From: the human T2T-CHM13v2.0 reference genome, Homo sapiens
DNA length: 64,000 bases
Reading direction: 5' to 3' (one strand)
Assembly: GCF_009914755.1 (NCBI RefSeq)
Contig: NC_060935.1
Shown: in pieces, positions 40,284-56,470 of the stretch
Numbering within the stretch: the first letter of the stretch is position 1
Layout: each line of letters begins with the position of its first letter
Made by a program: the position numbers and the translations under genes
The notes under the pieces: generated by a model
Database searches by the model: none
What the model was told of the DNA's origin: nothing
The model's input: the letters and a program-made list of their open reading frames with translations, nothing else

Positions 40284-42039
40284 CTTTGAGAAGAGAAGAA
40301 AAACAACATTTAAATGACAGCATGTATGGAGAAATATAACCATGGAAATCTACAAGTGGTAAGTGCGGCTCTTCCAGGATTTGTTACGTCCCTGAAAATA
40401 TAGGCAGTTATTACTCAACTGACAATGTTCAGAGTGCCCTCCTTCTATAAGGCATGCAAAACTGTGTGATTTCATTATGCCATTCAGTGCCTAAAGTCAC
40501 AGTCTTACCAACAGTATAATGAAAAGGGTACTGGACTCGGGAGGCCTGGGTCTAGTTTAAGGTTTGCCATTAAACAGATAAAAGACTCTGAGCAGAACAC
40601 TTAACCTATCTGGGCTTCAGTATTGCCATAGAAAATATATTTGATATATATGCTCTTTTATGATTCATTTTACCTCAAAATGTTCAATGATATCTAGGAA
40701 TCTCCTTCTATTTCCAAGATGAATGAGGCTAGTGAGGGAGAGGATTGTCAAATACCTGAGAGACAACTTTGAAGTATAAACATATTGTAACTAAGCCCAT
40801 TTGTATTTGGCTCTCTGTATTCCACAAAGTGAATGAAGAGGGCTCTAAGGGAACCTAACCTTGGAGGAAAGGCATTTACCACATAGGTTAGGTGGCTGCC
40901 TCTCAGTTAAGGGGAAGGCAAAACAGGATCCATTCCATGCCTTGCTGGAGTTGTCTGCCCTGTGCCTCACCCCAGGTTCACTTACAATGTCACACCTCCT
41001 GTAGTCTATTCTAGTTAACCCAATATAAGAGGCCAGTCAGTGAGAGAACGATATTCCCTTATCAGTGGAATGTAAAGATTGCTTATTGCCATCCTTTCAG
41101 GATAGCATTTTACAGCCAAAATACTGAGACAAGCCTTATCCCTGTGCAAACAAGTCAAGGAGATTTAGCCATGGTACACACTACTTCAGAAGAAAACAGG
41201 AGGCTTAGCAGAGAACAAAAGTTCAGCAGAAAGTTATATCAGCAAAGGTCATGAGGACTGCCAAGTGGTAACAACTAACCAGCTGAGTAATGGGGCCACC
41301 AGAGTCTTTGGCACACGGGTGGGCTCTGCCAAGTGAGCACTAGGTATATCCAGAACCTTGGGAAAAGAACATGGACTGCCTGCCATAAGCAGTGGTATTA
41401 GTCAAAAGTGACAGTAGAAGAGTTCTAAGTAAAAGGGAATGGCTACCAGCCGAGCAAAGTGGGGACAATGCAGTAATGTAGTCCTATTAAAGGAAAGTCT
41501 CTTCGCAGAAGGGAACTTTAGCAGAGACAATAAAAAGATGCCATTCCACAAGGATAGTAAAAGAGCCATGAACTTAAAGTTGTGTCACTATGAAGGCAGA
41601 ACAGAGGGCAAATGTATTTCAGGATAGAGCTTCAGGGTAGAGCTTCAAATTGTGGACACCAGGGATCATAAAAAGCAAGGAGGAGCCATGGCTTGAGAAA
41701 GTTGTTACACAATCCACCTTTACTCAAGAATCTGAAATAGTCCTCTATTTGAGGGTAGAACTGGAGAAATTTTTACTTGAACTAGTATGTATTCCTGTAT
41801 ACAGTTTTCAAGGACTTTTGGTAAAGGTGTGTGACTCAAATTGTGAAAACTTATCCTTAAACTGCTTTGATCTATGGAAGGGTACAAGATTAGCTTATAT
41901 ATTCTTTGATTTATTCAATAATTTTAGTGCCAATTATGGGCTAATTATAATGCTGGCAGAGATGTAAACAGGAATACACAAAACATTTTCCTTGCCTTCT
42001 AGATCACTCCATGATCTTCAAGTCTCTTTCCCTCACCCA

Positions 42040-42720
42040 AACCAGCCCTACTCATAATTTTTCACTCTCCCAGTTAATGACCACTCCATACATCCTTCAA
42101 GTGGTTGAGGCCCAGGACTTTGCAGTCACCCACACTGACTCATTATCTTCTTCCAAACTCCACATCCAACTGCTCAGCAGTTATGCTGTTTCTACCTTCA
42201 GAATATAAACAGAATCAGACAATTTATTATAACCTGCAGGTGACCGGTCTAAGTCACCTGCATTTCTCCCTTATAACAACAACCTCCTAACTGGCCTCCC
42301 TAATTTCATCCTTGTCTTTTTACAGGTAATTCTCAACGTGGCATTCTCTTGCTTTATGGCCTTTGTTCTTGCTCTTTTCTTAGTCTAGAATGTTCTTCCT
42401 TTTGATATTCCTATAGCTTGCTCCTTCATTTCCTTTGTCTTTGTTCAGATGCTATCTTTGTGGTGAGACCTGTTCTGATTAAGCAATTTAAAATCTGACC
42501 CACTAACATTCTCCATTCCCTTACCCTAATTTAGTTTACTTCCTACTCTGTACTCTTTGAATATATTATATAATTTACTTGTGTTTATATTGTCTGTCTT
42601 CCCCCAACTAGAATATAAGCTACATAAGGGCAGGAATCTGTTTTGGTCACTGCTATATCTCTAGCACCTAGGACAGTGCACAGCATATGACAATAGAAAT
42701 ATATGTTGAATTAATGAATA
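42040..42720 (+). mobile_element. L2 fragment
   Basis: L2-like 3' end (ctagaatataagctacataagggcagg...cacctaggacagtg...atatgttgaattaatgaat); boundaries approximate. Confidence 0.6.
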
Positions 42721-44213
42721 GTCATAGAGACATACATTTAAACATATTATTATAACATCATGGGCTAAATGCTAATAACAGACAAATGTGCAAAGTGCTG
42801 TTGATGAAAACCATTAAGTGACTGCCACACTTTTCAACCTTTGCTTGGTTTGTTTCCTCATTTGGAAGGCTTCCTTTGACTGCCATACTACCCTAACCAT
42901 ACCAAGTCTTTAGGGACCATCCTCCATGATGCCTTTCTTGGGGCACTCTTTTTCTCTCTGCTTTGAACCACACATGGGAGCTTAGAAGCTCCCATGGCAC
43001 TTATTTAACACTATCTTGAACCAGAAACATTCATATTCTTGTCTTCTGCCTGCGTGCTAAATTACAAACTCCTTAGGAGCAGTGATTTCATCGTTTTCAT
43101 CTTTGAATCCTTACACAGAATCTCATTCAGTGCTGTGCATAAAGTTCTCAATAAATGCTGTAAAAATAAATTAATACGCTGTCAATTCTACTTGCTTTAA
43201 TGGAATTATTTTATTGTCCTGAAGTCCATTACCTGAAAATAATCGATAAAGCCACTTGTATTGGCTTTCCTAGCCAGGGAATGCCTCTTGAAATCTAGAC
43301 TAAGATTAAAGTTACTGCAGAAATTTAAACATTCAGAATCAATCTCCAAGGAAATGGTAATTTTCAGTGTGATACACTTCTATTTAAGATTGCCTTTAAA
43401 ATGAATATATAAGTCCTGAGGACTGGCTGTTTAACTTTCAAGAATCACAAAGCAGAATTGAATTCACAGACTAACACAAAGGCGGGTGTCACTTGAAGTG
43501 ACTGTCCTAAGCAATTTTAAAGTCCAGTTGTTTTTTTTTTTTTTTTCTGTGAGCATACATCTCAAATTTAAAAGACAGTGGAAAACTAAGATTTTATTTA
43601 AGTCCTAGGTACAACTTTCCAGAACTTTTTGGAAGCACAGGAGGGAACAATATTCTTCAACCTCCAAAAAAAGGTATAGTATTTTAACAATTTATGCCAA
43701 CTTTGAGACTTTGTCAGAATTGGAAAATATCTCTAAGATAATGGGAGATCTTTAGAGATGTTTCATACCAGGATAAAGATCAAATGCCGCTGTAGCCTAG
43801 AGTTAATATGTTTGGTGGTTATCAACTAGATCTAAGGCATAGTGAGGCAAACAATGTCTACTCTTTGATGCATACATTCTTTTTCATTTTTGCTCCTTTC
43901 AGTTTTTCCTCTGCCCCATTGCAGCTAGTAACAGTTTGGCCCTATTTCATTTGTAGTCAAGAGCTCTCTCTGTAAAGAACCATGGTTCCCTCAAACAGTG
44001 GTACCAGCAATAAAACTATGATAGGGGACTTAGAAAACCCCCTGCCCAAAAGAAATATTCATAGTAATACCGAGTGTCTTTCAGTTCAAATATTTATATA
44101 AGAAAAGCTTAATTCCTTTTTCTGTGAGAAACCATTTCAAATAACTTGTTTAAAAATACTTTCAAATTTGGAGGTCGAACAAATGTGTTCTGTGTATAGA
44201 AACTAATAACATA

Positions 44214-44508
44214 GGCCGGGCGCAGTGGCTCACACCTGTAATCCCAGCACTTTGGGAGGCCGAGGCGGGCAGATCACGAGGTCAGGAGATCGAGACCATC
44301 CTGCCTAACCGAGTGAATGCCCATCTCTACTAAAAATTACAAAAAATTAGCCGGGCGTGGTGGCGAGCACCTGTGGTCCCAGCTACTCGGGAGGCTGAGG
44401 CAGGAGAATGGCGTGAACTCGGGAGGCGGAGCTTTCAGTGAGCCGAGATGGCGTCACTGCACTCCAGCCTGGGTGACAGAGCAAGACTCGTCTCAAATAA
44501 AAAAAGAA
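44214..44508 (+). mobile_element. AluY-like with 16-bp TSD
   Basis: TSD agaaactaataacata at 44198-44213 and 44509-44524; CpG-rich. Confidence 0.95.
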
Positions 44509-44896
44509 AGAAACTAATAACATACACAATAACCAAGAACACTTGAGTAGCACTTTTCTGTTTTCTGTTGTTATTCTCACTACCGAGAAAAAAAAAAGAC
44601 TCAGAATAGAGGTCAAGTTTTGTCTGGCAGAAGACCTGACCTCTAGTCTTATGCTTTCACATTTTATTTCTCTAGAATATTATGATGCTGTGTACCAAGA
44701 TACCAAAGAGATGAAATATATTACATGAAAATCATGGGAATAAACTCAATTCTGGGAGAATTGCAGGTTGGAAAATAAGATCTAAGAATTATACATACCT
44801 TTATTATCTCGTCCAGCTTCCCTTTAACAACGTAAACTATTCGTGAACCATGAAAGGAACGTAAACCATTAGTGACTTTCTATTCTAGAAACCTAG

Positions 44897-45215
<319 letters not shown>

Positions 45216-46135
45216 ACCTAGACCAATCCTTGTAAAAATTGGTTTAAGTAAGGATTTAAGGTCAAACCTGAAATACCACAGTTGCCAAACATCCCTGTAC
45301 TTTTCCTTCAAAACACTGACCACAGCCTGTGGCCGATAATGAGATTAGTTTTCTCTCTCCCACTCATCTGCCAACTCCTTAAAAGGCTGTATCTGCCTTC
45401 TTCACCGCTAGCGTCAGGCCTGTAGTTGCATATAAATAAGTGTAATTCAAAACAAAACAGGTGAGCTCTGTCCCAGGACCCGTGGAAACTCCTGCCCCCT
45501 CCGGACGTCGGGACACCCACACACAAGCGGTGGTCGCCTTTTCCGCTGCCAGTCACAGGGCATTTCCGTGCTGCTTTCCCCTCCGCAGAATGAGGAGGAG
45601 CGAAGTACCGACCTCACCGGCTGGTTATGAGTTTTAAATGAGTCACCAAGTTGGCAGTGACAGTGGCACACAGAAGGCGCCTTTTAAGTATCTGCTAAGG
45701 TGCCGTTCCCAGCCAGTCAGAACGGCATTACCATCTGCGCTGTAGGACCCCCGCAGCGGATTTTAGTCATCAATTCATTCACGCGTTCACAATCGTTTCC
45801 CAGGGCCCGCTTCTCAGTCAGGGGCGTTCCCCTGCATTCTCCATTCTCACAGCAAACGCCTACACCAGTCGTTCGTCGACTGCAGACACCGAAGAACCTG
45901 CTATTAACCATCTAGAACTCAGAACGCCTTGATTTTCCGACAAGCCGCGTGCGGCTTCCACAGAGCTGCGAGGCCGACTCGCAAGACGCCCGCACCTGAG
46001 GGCATGCGTCCACCCTGGACCTGAAGTGGCGGCGCGGCTGGCGAGCCAAACGGCGCAGGCGCAGGAGCAAGAGCTCGAGCGGTAGCGGGAAAATCAGGAC
46101 TGGATCGCCTCGGAGCCTCGGCCCGGAGTGGGTCA

Positions 46136-46735
<600 letters not shown>

Positions 46736-47764
46736 CTAGTTTTGCGCGGCTGAGAGTGGACTTTGCGGAGCGGGTGGCCGGTGCTACCCTTTGGAGGTGG
46801 CGCGGCTCTAGGCGGAGCAATGAGCCAGGAGTCCGTTTTCTAGAATGTTGACACAAGGGCATTGACGAGGTGTCAGGACGGCCTCACTCACTGGGCTAGG
46901 CGGATCCTGCCTCTCTGGGGCCAGACCTTTCTTAAAGTGTCTTTTTAAGTACCAGGTCTGCTTATTTCATTTCACACTAGGAAAACTGGAGAGATGATCA
47001 ACACTGCAGTCTTTAGCTGAACCTGATACTTTTCAGAATTTCCAGTAGAAAATTGACCCATCAGTAGTAAAAGAAAGTAATTTTACTGTTTTGTCCTGTT
47101 TTACTATTTTTCTCCTGTTAATGTATTTTTGTGTGTGATCTTTTAATAATTGTGATGATTGAGCAGTTTATGTGATTAACTCAGTTTACCTATATTTGAC
47201 CCCTCTCTGGTCTTTCCAAACTGATTACTTATTGGCAATCACGGGACTCTTGTCTGCACTTGTTCACGGAGAGTATTTACTATTCAAGATTTCTGCCTCC
47301 ACTGCCTGGAATTAAGCAACTGATTTCATATTATTCTTGCTAATTGTTTTTATTCCTGTTTTCTATTGGGCAGTTCCTTGCAATACAGGACTTACTGGGT
47401 TTGGGACTCTTCTAACAGCTGCCCTCTAATTGTGATTTAGCAGTGGCATGAGTTTTATGGTCCTCATTAGCTTACGACTCATTCACACAACAAATATTTA
47501 TTGAATGTCTACTATGTTCCCATGTCCTAAGCAATGGAGATACATAGGTGAATAAGAGCAACAAAGTCCTTTCTATAACTTACATTCTTATGAGAGGGAA
47601 GAGCAATGACATGGAAATACAATAATTTTCAATAATCAGAAGCAAACAAAAAGTGCGTTATAGAAAACGCCTGGTGGTTGGGGAGATACTTTAGCAGGCG
47701 AGGGCTGTCAAGGAAAGTCTTATTAGGAAGATGACATTGGAGCTGAGATCAACTGCTAAAGAAG

Positions 47765-48270
47765 TGTATTTGTTTCCTACTACTGTTGTAATAAATTACC
47801 ACCAATCTGATGGCTTAAAACCACACAAATTTATTTTCTTACAATTCTTGAGGTGAGAAGTCCAAAATGAGTCTTCCAGGGCTGACAGAGAGGTGTTAGT
47901 GGGGCTTCATTCTTTCTAGAGACTGTAGGAGAGATTCTATTTCCTTGTCTTTTTCAGCTTCTAGAGGCTGCCCACATTCCTTGGCTTTCGTCCCCATTCC
48001 TTCCTCTTCAAGGCCATTAATGTCAGTTTGAATCCTTCCAACATCGCTGTCTCTCTGATTATCTCTCTTCTACTTCCTTCTTCCACTTATAAGGATCGTT
48101 GTGATTATATTGGGCCCACCTGGATAATCCCGACTCAAAGATCAGCTGATTAGCCCTTTAATTCCATCTGCAACCTTAATTCTTCTTGCCATGAAACCTA
48201 ACATATTCACAGTTCTAGGGATTAGTATGTGGACCTATTGGGGGAGGGGAGCATTATTCTGCCTACTATA
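47765..48270 (-). mobile_element. MaLR LTR (MLT1D-like) inserted in an L2 fragment
   Basis: Reverse strand begins tatagtaggcagaataatgc; other end tgtatttgtttcct...ggcttaaaaccacacaaatttatt. Confidence 0.75.
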
Positions 48271-51200
48271 GAAGAGAAATTTGAGGCAGATATGGGGGAA
48301 AATATTCCAAACAGAGGAAATATCAAGGGCAAAGGCTTCATATACTAAGCAAACCTTGTCCTCTGAGAGTGTTTCCAATTTCTCTCCATCTCCCACGCAA
48401 GGACACTGCGGAAGTCAGCAAGTTAGTCAGGTCTTTGAGTTTTTCTGTTTAACTGGCTTGTGACTATCCCCAGGGGCTGAAGTTACCCCCACAGGTATGT
48501 GTCACAGTATCTGCAGCCACAGAATATCTACCTACTGCCTATTACAAATGCCTATTAAGAGATACCTTAAAATTCTTATTAATCAATAATCTAATAAAAT
48601 GAAAAAATAATTGTGAGAGATCATTACTAAATTTGGTCTCTAGTTTCTTACCAAAGGCCAGTGGAGATGACACAGGATGGATATTGGGACTGTGGGTGGG
48701 AGGCAATGCTGCTGAGGCACCAGGAGCTGAGGAATATCACCTATGGGATGCCTGAGATCAACCCTGCCTTTGCAACACCAGGAGGCTTACAGTTTTTGGT
48801 CTGGCCACAGCTGTTATACAGTACAGGTACTTGGTTCAGGAGTGGGCCCCCTGCCATCATTTATTTTCAGAAAGGATTAATTTTCATTACAAAAATATCC
48901 TCCAATTCACTTAAATTAAGGAGCATTCCTTCTTTGGCATTCTTTCCCTGGCTACATAGCAGAGGAGAGCTGAGTTACCCCGAGGCAGCCATTTCTGACT
49001 GACAGCACTGATGAAATGTTCCCCACCCCACCCCACCACAGCTCCCCTTGAGAGATAATAGGTGGGGTATTCTCAGGAATAACTATAAGTCTTTCAGGAC
49101 ATAGAGCCTTCCCTGTAACAGTTTATCATGTTCCCTCAGCTCAATAAGGAGAAATCCCTCCCTTATTCCCCCTTCTTGCATTTGCTCTTTGAGTGATAGA
49201 AAACAATCAATAATGTTTGTCTATGGCTTTTATCATGACAGGAAGGTTTAGGGCAGCAGGAAGTTAAGTATTTCACTGTTTCATGGCTGAGATCTCATCT
49301 TCAGTACTCGGGGTGGAATGGGTGAACACACTGTATAGGGCTTTGCCATTTCTATGTGCAGAACAGTAATGGTTCTAACAGAGAACAGCAATGCTGTGCC
49401 AGAATCAGAGCCTCTTTCTGGGCCTTTGGGAACTGAACCCAAGCTCCAGGGCTCATCCTGAGGGGCAGTATCAAGTGAGATTCTCCTGGGGTCCCTTTCT
49501 GTTCTTGAATGGCTGCAGCCCTGGCCTGGGCCGTGGGAGTTGTCCCAGAGAGCTCCCCACACAGAGTGATGCAATCAGCGCAAATGTGCCTCCTTTGCAT
49601 GTTCCATTATGTGCATTCTCAGTGTGTTTCATCAGAATTGAAGGAAGTGAGAGCCAAAGGAAGTGCCAAGCTGAGCCATACTGGAGGCTGAGCTAAAAGA
49701 AAAAAGTCAATAATAGTGATCCTGCCTTATTAAAAATTTGATGTCTTGTTCGTAATGGGTTTTTGCCTCAATTTTGATTTTAAACTGTTGCATTAAAGTG
49801 TTATCTTGCTTTTGATCTTCTTGGAGCCCTCTTAAATTCTGTTCCCAAGGTGAATTTCTCACTTGCCTTATCCTAGTCCTCATGCTGGGAGGTAGGGTAC
49901 CCAAATGAAGACTTTGATTACAAAATGATGTGTAGAAACTGAATTCGTGCACTTGGATTTTCATTGTGCTCTTAGGAGCCAGGCACTGAGGTGGGGCTGG
50001 CAGACCAGTAGCACTTCTGGGTGAGATTAGGAACCTTATGAAAGTCTCCCTGTGACCACTTTAAAAAGTCCTCCTCACCCCACTGCCTGAAGTTCAGTCT
50101 TTACAAATTAAATGATACTAATTGAACATTCCCTATAACAGGCTAAGTTGGAAAATGCAAAACCTGGTGGCAGGAGAGTACAGCAATAGGAAGTTCTAAA
50201 AACGCTTATACATGAATGAATTTAATCCCACATTTACAGGCAAGGCCGAATGAGGGACATGATGACATGGATTTATTGGAGGTGGTGGCATGGTGATGAT
50301 GATGATGGTGGTGGGTGTGGGGGTTCAGAAGAGGATGCAGAAGGGGAAAGGAAGTTTTACAGAGAAACTTCTTTCCCTTCACAATTTTTCCAAAGGCTAG
50401 ATCAACTTAGAGAAATCACATTTCTCAGAAGCAGGAGTTATTCCTGCCATTTCCTAGGGATACTCAGCCAACCAATCCTTGCCACTTCCTCCCATCCAGC
50501 TACCCACTGGGCCATCTTCTGTCATGATATCTTGTATTCCTTTCCTTGTGTTTCAAAAAAATAGAAATGCATGAACACTTCATGATCTTGTTGAAGACCC
50601 TCTTCCAAATGCAGTAACAGAGAGTCAGAGGAAGTTTAGTGTTCTATCCAAGTCACACAAGATAGCACCAGTAGAACCAGAATTCTGGGCTCTGGACTTG
50701 CCATGTGTTCTTTCAGTCATTCACCACAAATGTATTGGGCACCTACTAGATTAGATGCTGGGAATATAATGGTGAGCAAAATCAGCCATGGTCCCTGTGT
50801 TCCTGGGGTTTACATTCTATTGGGGGATGCCAACACCAGTCAAATAATCACAAGTAAATTTATTATTTATATTTTCAAACATTACTATGTTTTCAAGATG
50901 CCAAACATTTTTGTTTTCTGAAGTAAAGAAACAGTTCTACAAGTGTGCATAACATAGGAAATGTGATCAGTCTTGGAGGTCAGTAATTGTAGTCTGCACC
51001 AAACAACCAGCTTATATCCAGGGACTCCCCCATGATTGTGTTCATGGAAGATGTTACTACAATTCTTCCCTATCAACTGGTCTCATATGGACACTGAGTG
51101 AAGGGAAAGGAAAGTAACAAAATCCTCTATTTAAAATTCGTGAATATCACTCAGAGAGACATTTAAGTCTTAATTTAAAGCCTTCTTCTGCTTTGCAAAT

Positions 51201-53269
51201 GATTTTCATAAACATTCTTATATTGTGCTTCTGAAAATAGTAGATTTGAAGAAGCAAACTAACAGTAGATTGAATTGTTGTTAGAGATAGCCACAGCAAC
51301 AATTCTGGAGACATCTGACAATCTGATAATGAAAAAGGAAACAATAATTATCAAATATAGATGTAACAAACTAAAAAGCACAGGAGTCTGAGATCATTTA
51401 GGGTAGAGAATATCAGTGCCACACATCTCAAAGTCTGAGAGCATCATGTGTATGACAACAGAACACATTAATTCATGTTCTCATTAAATGAACATCCTTA
51501 TCAAAGATTAAAATTATTTAAGAACATTCTAATTTAAGAGTGCAGAGGAAGTGTATATGTATTTTTGAAAGATTTGGCTACATTTCAAAAACAGAAAAAA
51601 AATTCCTAGAACTTGAATAATTTAACTTTGATTATTTAGAAAATGTTCTTTGGGAGCCCTAATACCCTGATGATGATGAAGGAGGCCTCCTAGCCCTGGC
51701 TTGAAGGTTTAGTGGGGTTGCCTCTGGCCCCTCTCTCCCTGGTTTTACAGGTCAATGCCCTCAGAGGAAACAAGAAGAGAGTGATCTGGTCTTTGTGTCT
51801 GAACCCCAAACAATTTTTAATCATTATGGAATATAAGTTGAGAAATTCTTTAGTGTCATTTGTGGAGGTTGTCCACCTCTCAGAGTGAACAACCTGGGCC
51901 TGTATCTGGGTACTGTATCTTGGGTCATCACACTCAGATCATGTTCTTCAACAACTTTGAAAATTATCTTCTGGTCTTCAGAAGGGACATTTGCAGATGG
52001 TTGGTGGTACAGAGGTTTATTTCTCTGGGGTTTTAGAGACTGGCATTTTAAGCATCAGAGAGAAAACAGAGCATTTTCTGGGCCTGCAGGAGATGGTCAG
52101 TCAGACTTTTCACAGGAATACCCGGCTTTCTAATTTCTGTCCATCCTCAAACCCACCCTCCTCAGGCCTGCTCCAGACCGCCTCTGTTGCAGAGCCTTAT
52201 CCAAATGCTCTGGGCCATAATGCATCTCTACCTGTGAGCCCCTCCAGTTTATGCTTCTTATCACCTAGCTCAGCATTCACCTTGCAGGGCTTTCTCTTTT
52301 TCATCTATCATTTAACGAGAAAGGCTCTAGACTTCTGGAGAATAGGATCCCTGTATTACTCTTTTCCTGAACCTTAATACCCTCATATGTGGTTAGACAC
52401 ATCATGGAACCTGAACCCATCCTGGATGATTGGCTGGGTCTACCTGGGATAGTCTCTCCCATCAAGACTCCTCCTTAGAGGGCCCTCTGGGGAGGATATT
52501 TCAAGCCAGTTTGTAGGCTCCAGCAGAAGATGTGTTTTGCCTCTCGGTGGATTCATCGGACAACCACACTGGGAAGCTTTTGTCTACGGAAACACATGGT
52601 GTTATCCACAGAGAACTTGTTCACAGAGAAGCAAGGGCCCAGACACAATGCAAACCTGTTTTAAAGAAGAAGGAATAATCCCTACTGGTCTGAAGGGCAT
52701 AGTGCTCCTCACCTCCTTTTCCTGTCTCTTCTGGGAATTGTACACTTCTGCTGTCCAGGGGATGGGGCAGTAATTTTCCTGATTATGCCTCACACCACAA
52801 TGACACATCCTTGTACCTCTTAGCTATACTTCTGGAAGTCATAGCGTGACCTGATATAGAAAAGTAGTGTAGAGTTCACATGGCACAACATTTACAGCAA
52901 CTTTATAGAATTTCAAAATTGGAAGAAATTTTGATTTCCAAAAGCTATATTTTACATACGGATGTGGAAGTTGAGGTCCTGAGAGGACAAATGACTCACT
53001 CAAGGTTACACATTGAGCTGGTGGCGAAAAAAACAGCACAGTGTACTGACTCCTGGGGCTATGCTCTTTCTTTTTTTCTCTTTTTCTTTTCTTTTCTTTT
53101 TTTAAGGCTGTCTCAACTGTGTGAGAGTGAGTATAAACTTATTCAGATTGGATATCTAATACCATTCAACCTGAAATCAAGTTGCTTGCTTCTTTTTTTT
53201 TTAATCCACGTAACTGAAAGCCACCCTACTAAACACTATAACTTAGCCTTCACTAGCTTCATTTTAAAT

Positions 53270-53745
53270 AATACCCCGACATATATGTCTTTGTGGTAAT
53301 GATTGCTTAAGATGTCTTTCAGGAACTTGCAGCAGCCCCTGTCCAGTTCAAGCCAGTTGAGACCCTCTGGCTGAGCCTGCACAGATGTCTGAAAAGTGAC
53401 CTTTTGATGTCAGAGGGCCCAAAACTCCAGCCTCAGATCATGCTAATGCTGCCATTTTCTGAACATGTGACCTGTGAAGAGCCATGAACCCTGACTATGC
53501 TTAGTGCTGGATCAATGATTACCTCATTTTTTCGCACTGCCAATTACCTTTCCACATGCTTTTTATCACCCTGCTTCTTTATTGAATAAATATTCCTAAG
53601 TCTTATCTTCAGGAAGTTGGATTTGAGAGCTGTTCTACTGTCTCCTTCCCTGGCTGTCCTGTGAATAAATTTTTTCTCTACTGCAAAACTTGTCATTTCA
53701 GTAATTGGTTGTCTGCATGACAGGCAGAATGAACCTGGTTTGGGA
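53270..53745 (+). mobile_element. ERVL-class LTR fragment (MER54/MER74 group-like)
   Basis: gaccttttgatgtcagagggcccaaaactcc...gatcatgctaatgctgccatttt, with aataaa near the end; boundaries approximate. Confidence 0.55.
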
Positions 53746-55201
53746 TCAAATCTAAGTAAATTTGCAGATGTTTGAGTTCCAATTTAAGCAAAACAGGTTG
53801 ATTTATTTAAGCAGATTTGTCAACACAATAAAATGAGTAGAGAAATTTTCTGCTGTTGTAAGTATATCTTTTACTTTAATGAATTTAGTTATTTAAAAAT
53901 TTCTATGATTTACTCTGAAATAAGTGGGGAAATACATATTTTTCTCCTGCAAAACTGGAAGTTTCCCACACAGTATCTTTGGATAATTTATATACTGTCA
54001 TGATGTCTTTCATACAAATCAGTCTGGTCCAAGCAGAAAGACCTGGCTATATTTTCTCTTGAGTACATTCATTGCCCTAGGGAACCAGGTGTCTTAGCAA
54101 ATATGGCAGGAATATGAGAAGTCTGTGGGCTAATATATTTTAGTTAAAAGTCTATGGTGAATATTATTACTGAATTCAAGTTTAACAATTAATAAAACAT
54201 AAATATCTAATGTTTTGTTTCCAGTTTTAGTTTGGGTACTTTTCATTATACTTATGTGTTGATATCTTTAGAACACAATCTTACAATTAGGTTTATAGTC
54301 AAACTAAAATCTCCCTGGGTTTGCTTGTGGTAAGGCTACATAAACAGTGGTATAATAAACATCCCTTTCATACAGTATTCTCTGTGTCTGAAATAATTTC
54401 CTTGGTGTAGTTTTCCAAATTCAGAATTATTAGATCACTGCCAGATCACTAAGCAGAATCCCCATTTTGGTACCCTGCTACCTGGATTCGATGCCCCCCA
54501 CCCCCCCTACCCACAAAGAGAAGTAATACAGTTCTCTCTGATAATAACCGAATACACAGCAGGCTAGCAATCACTTTATTTCCTTTTTAAGTTCTCTCTT
54601 AATAGCAGTCCCTTTAATAGAAGGCTTTTGGCTGTCTCCTTCAAAAACCATAATCTCTGTACAATTTGGAACACTCCAGTTAATTAGAGATCTTTAAACT
54701 ATGCCAAGATACAGAAAGGACCAAGCTTTAAAAAATATTGTCTTCCACATGGATTGGTCTAAAAGCAGTATTTTAACCTAAGCTCTGAAATACAGTTTTA
54801 CAGTAACTATTATCTTAGGGCAAATGAAAATTTTGAAAAAATGCATTTTGACTATGTGACATATTATTCAATTTCAGAGCTTCATAATATGCTCTCAGCT
54901 ATGAATCTAATAATATCCTAGAACTTACATATAAATTTAAAATCAAATTTAAACCACTTATGTTTTCTTTGTAAAGATTTGTGTGTATGTATGTGTGCAT
55001 GTGGTGTGTATTCTGGCAATAGTGGTATTAAATTTCTGAAGAGAATAAAAATGTGTTAAAAATATTATATAAGTAATCCGCTCAGAATTTTTCAAAATAT
55101 ATTAGAAAATAGAACCTCTATCTTCTAATTAAATATTGAGAATTAGCCATTACTGCCCAAATAAAAGTTGTGAAAATAGTTAAATACCAAACTACAAGTA
55201 A

Positions 55202-55538
<337 letters not shown>

Positions 55539-55559
55539 ATACATTTACTATTTAAACAG

Positions 55560-56470
55560 TTCTTAAAAACATATAAGACAACCTTTGAAAATCAAAGAAA
55601 TTATTAAACAAATGCCATGAGTAGATACAGAATTCATTAAAGAGGAATTAACAATGGGTAAACAAACATGAAAAGGCACAGCTTCACTCATAATAAAAAA
55701 CGCAAAATAAAATATCTCTGAAATTCACAGCAGCTTAATTCAGAAAACCCAAAAACTGGACGTAACCCAGGTATATATCAACAGGAGAATCAATAAATAA
55801 CTGGGTATATTCATGCAATGGAATACTACTAAACAATAAAATGGGGGAGGAAAATCTGCTGGTACATGAAACAATGTGGAAGAATCTCAAAAACATGCCA
55901 AGTGAAAAAATGTATATCTCAAAGCGTACATACTGTATCTGTCCATTTACATGGAGTTCTGGAGCTGCCTTTAGTAAACTGTGATTTTAAAAATTGAAAA
56001 TGGTATTTGCCTCTGGGAAGGTGGGAGCAGGTATTGGGGGCAGGGTTTGATGGAAAGGGGTATGAGGCAACTTTTTGGCATAATGGTAACATCCTGTATT
56101 TTCTTGTAGGTTTATATTTTGTAGGGGTATGCATTTTTCAAAACCCATCAAACTGTGTACTTAAAATTTATGCGTTTCATTGTATTGAAACTTCTTCCCT
56201 AAAAAGGACCAGCAAGCAAACATTGAACTCTATTTAGGATATGCATACTAAAGTGTGTAGGGTGAAGTGTCCTATTGAATGCAACTTACTTTGAGATAAG
56301 TTAAAAACAATACACATTAATGCATATACAAAGGGATGAATAGATATCTAAATATGTGTTAAAGCAAATACAGCAAAATTTTAAAGTCTAGGTATGGGGT
56401 ACATGGGTATTCATTGTACAAGTGCTTCAACTTTTCTGAATTTTTCAGTTTTTTCTTAGTAAATTGCTGA
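55560..56470 (+). mobile_element. Old L1M 3' fragment
   Basis: Degenerate L1 ORF2 end/3' UTR (catgcaatggaatactact, gaatctcaaaaacatg); boundaries approximate. Confidence 0.6.

Noticed and set aside
46786-46805. CTCF-like AGGTGGCGC upstream of CYP2R1
   Set aside because: The 5' half (TTTGG) does not fit CCASY; too weak to call.
48500-53100. Unique-looking intergenic stretch with several 60-130 aa ORFs
   Set aside because: No recognisable protein similarity, splice architecture or RNA-gene motif. It may hold enhancers, but I cannot support that from sequence alone.
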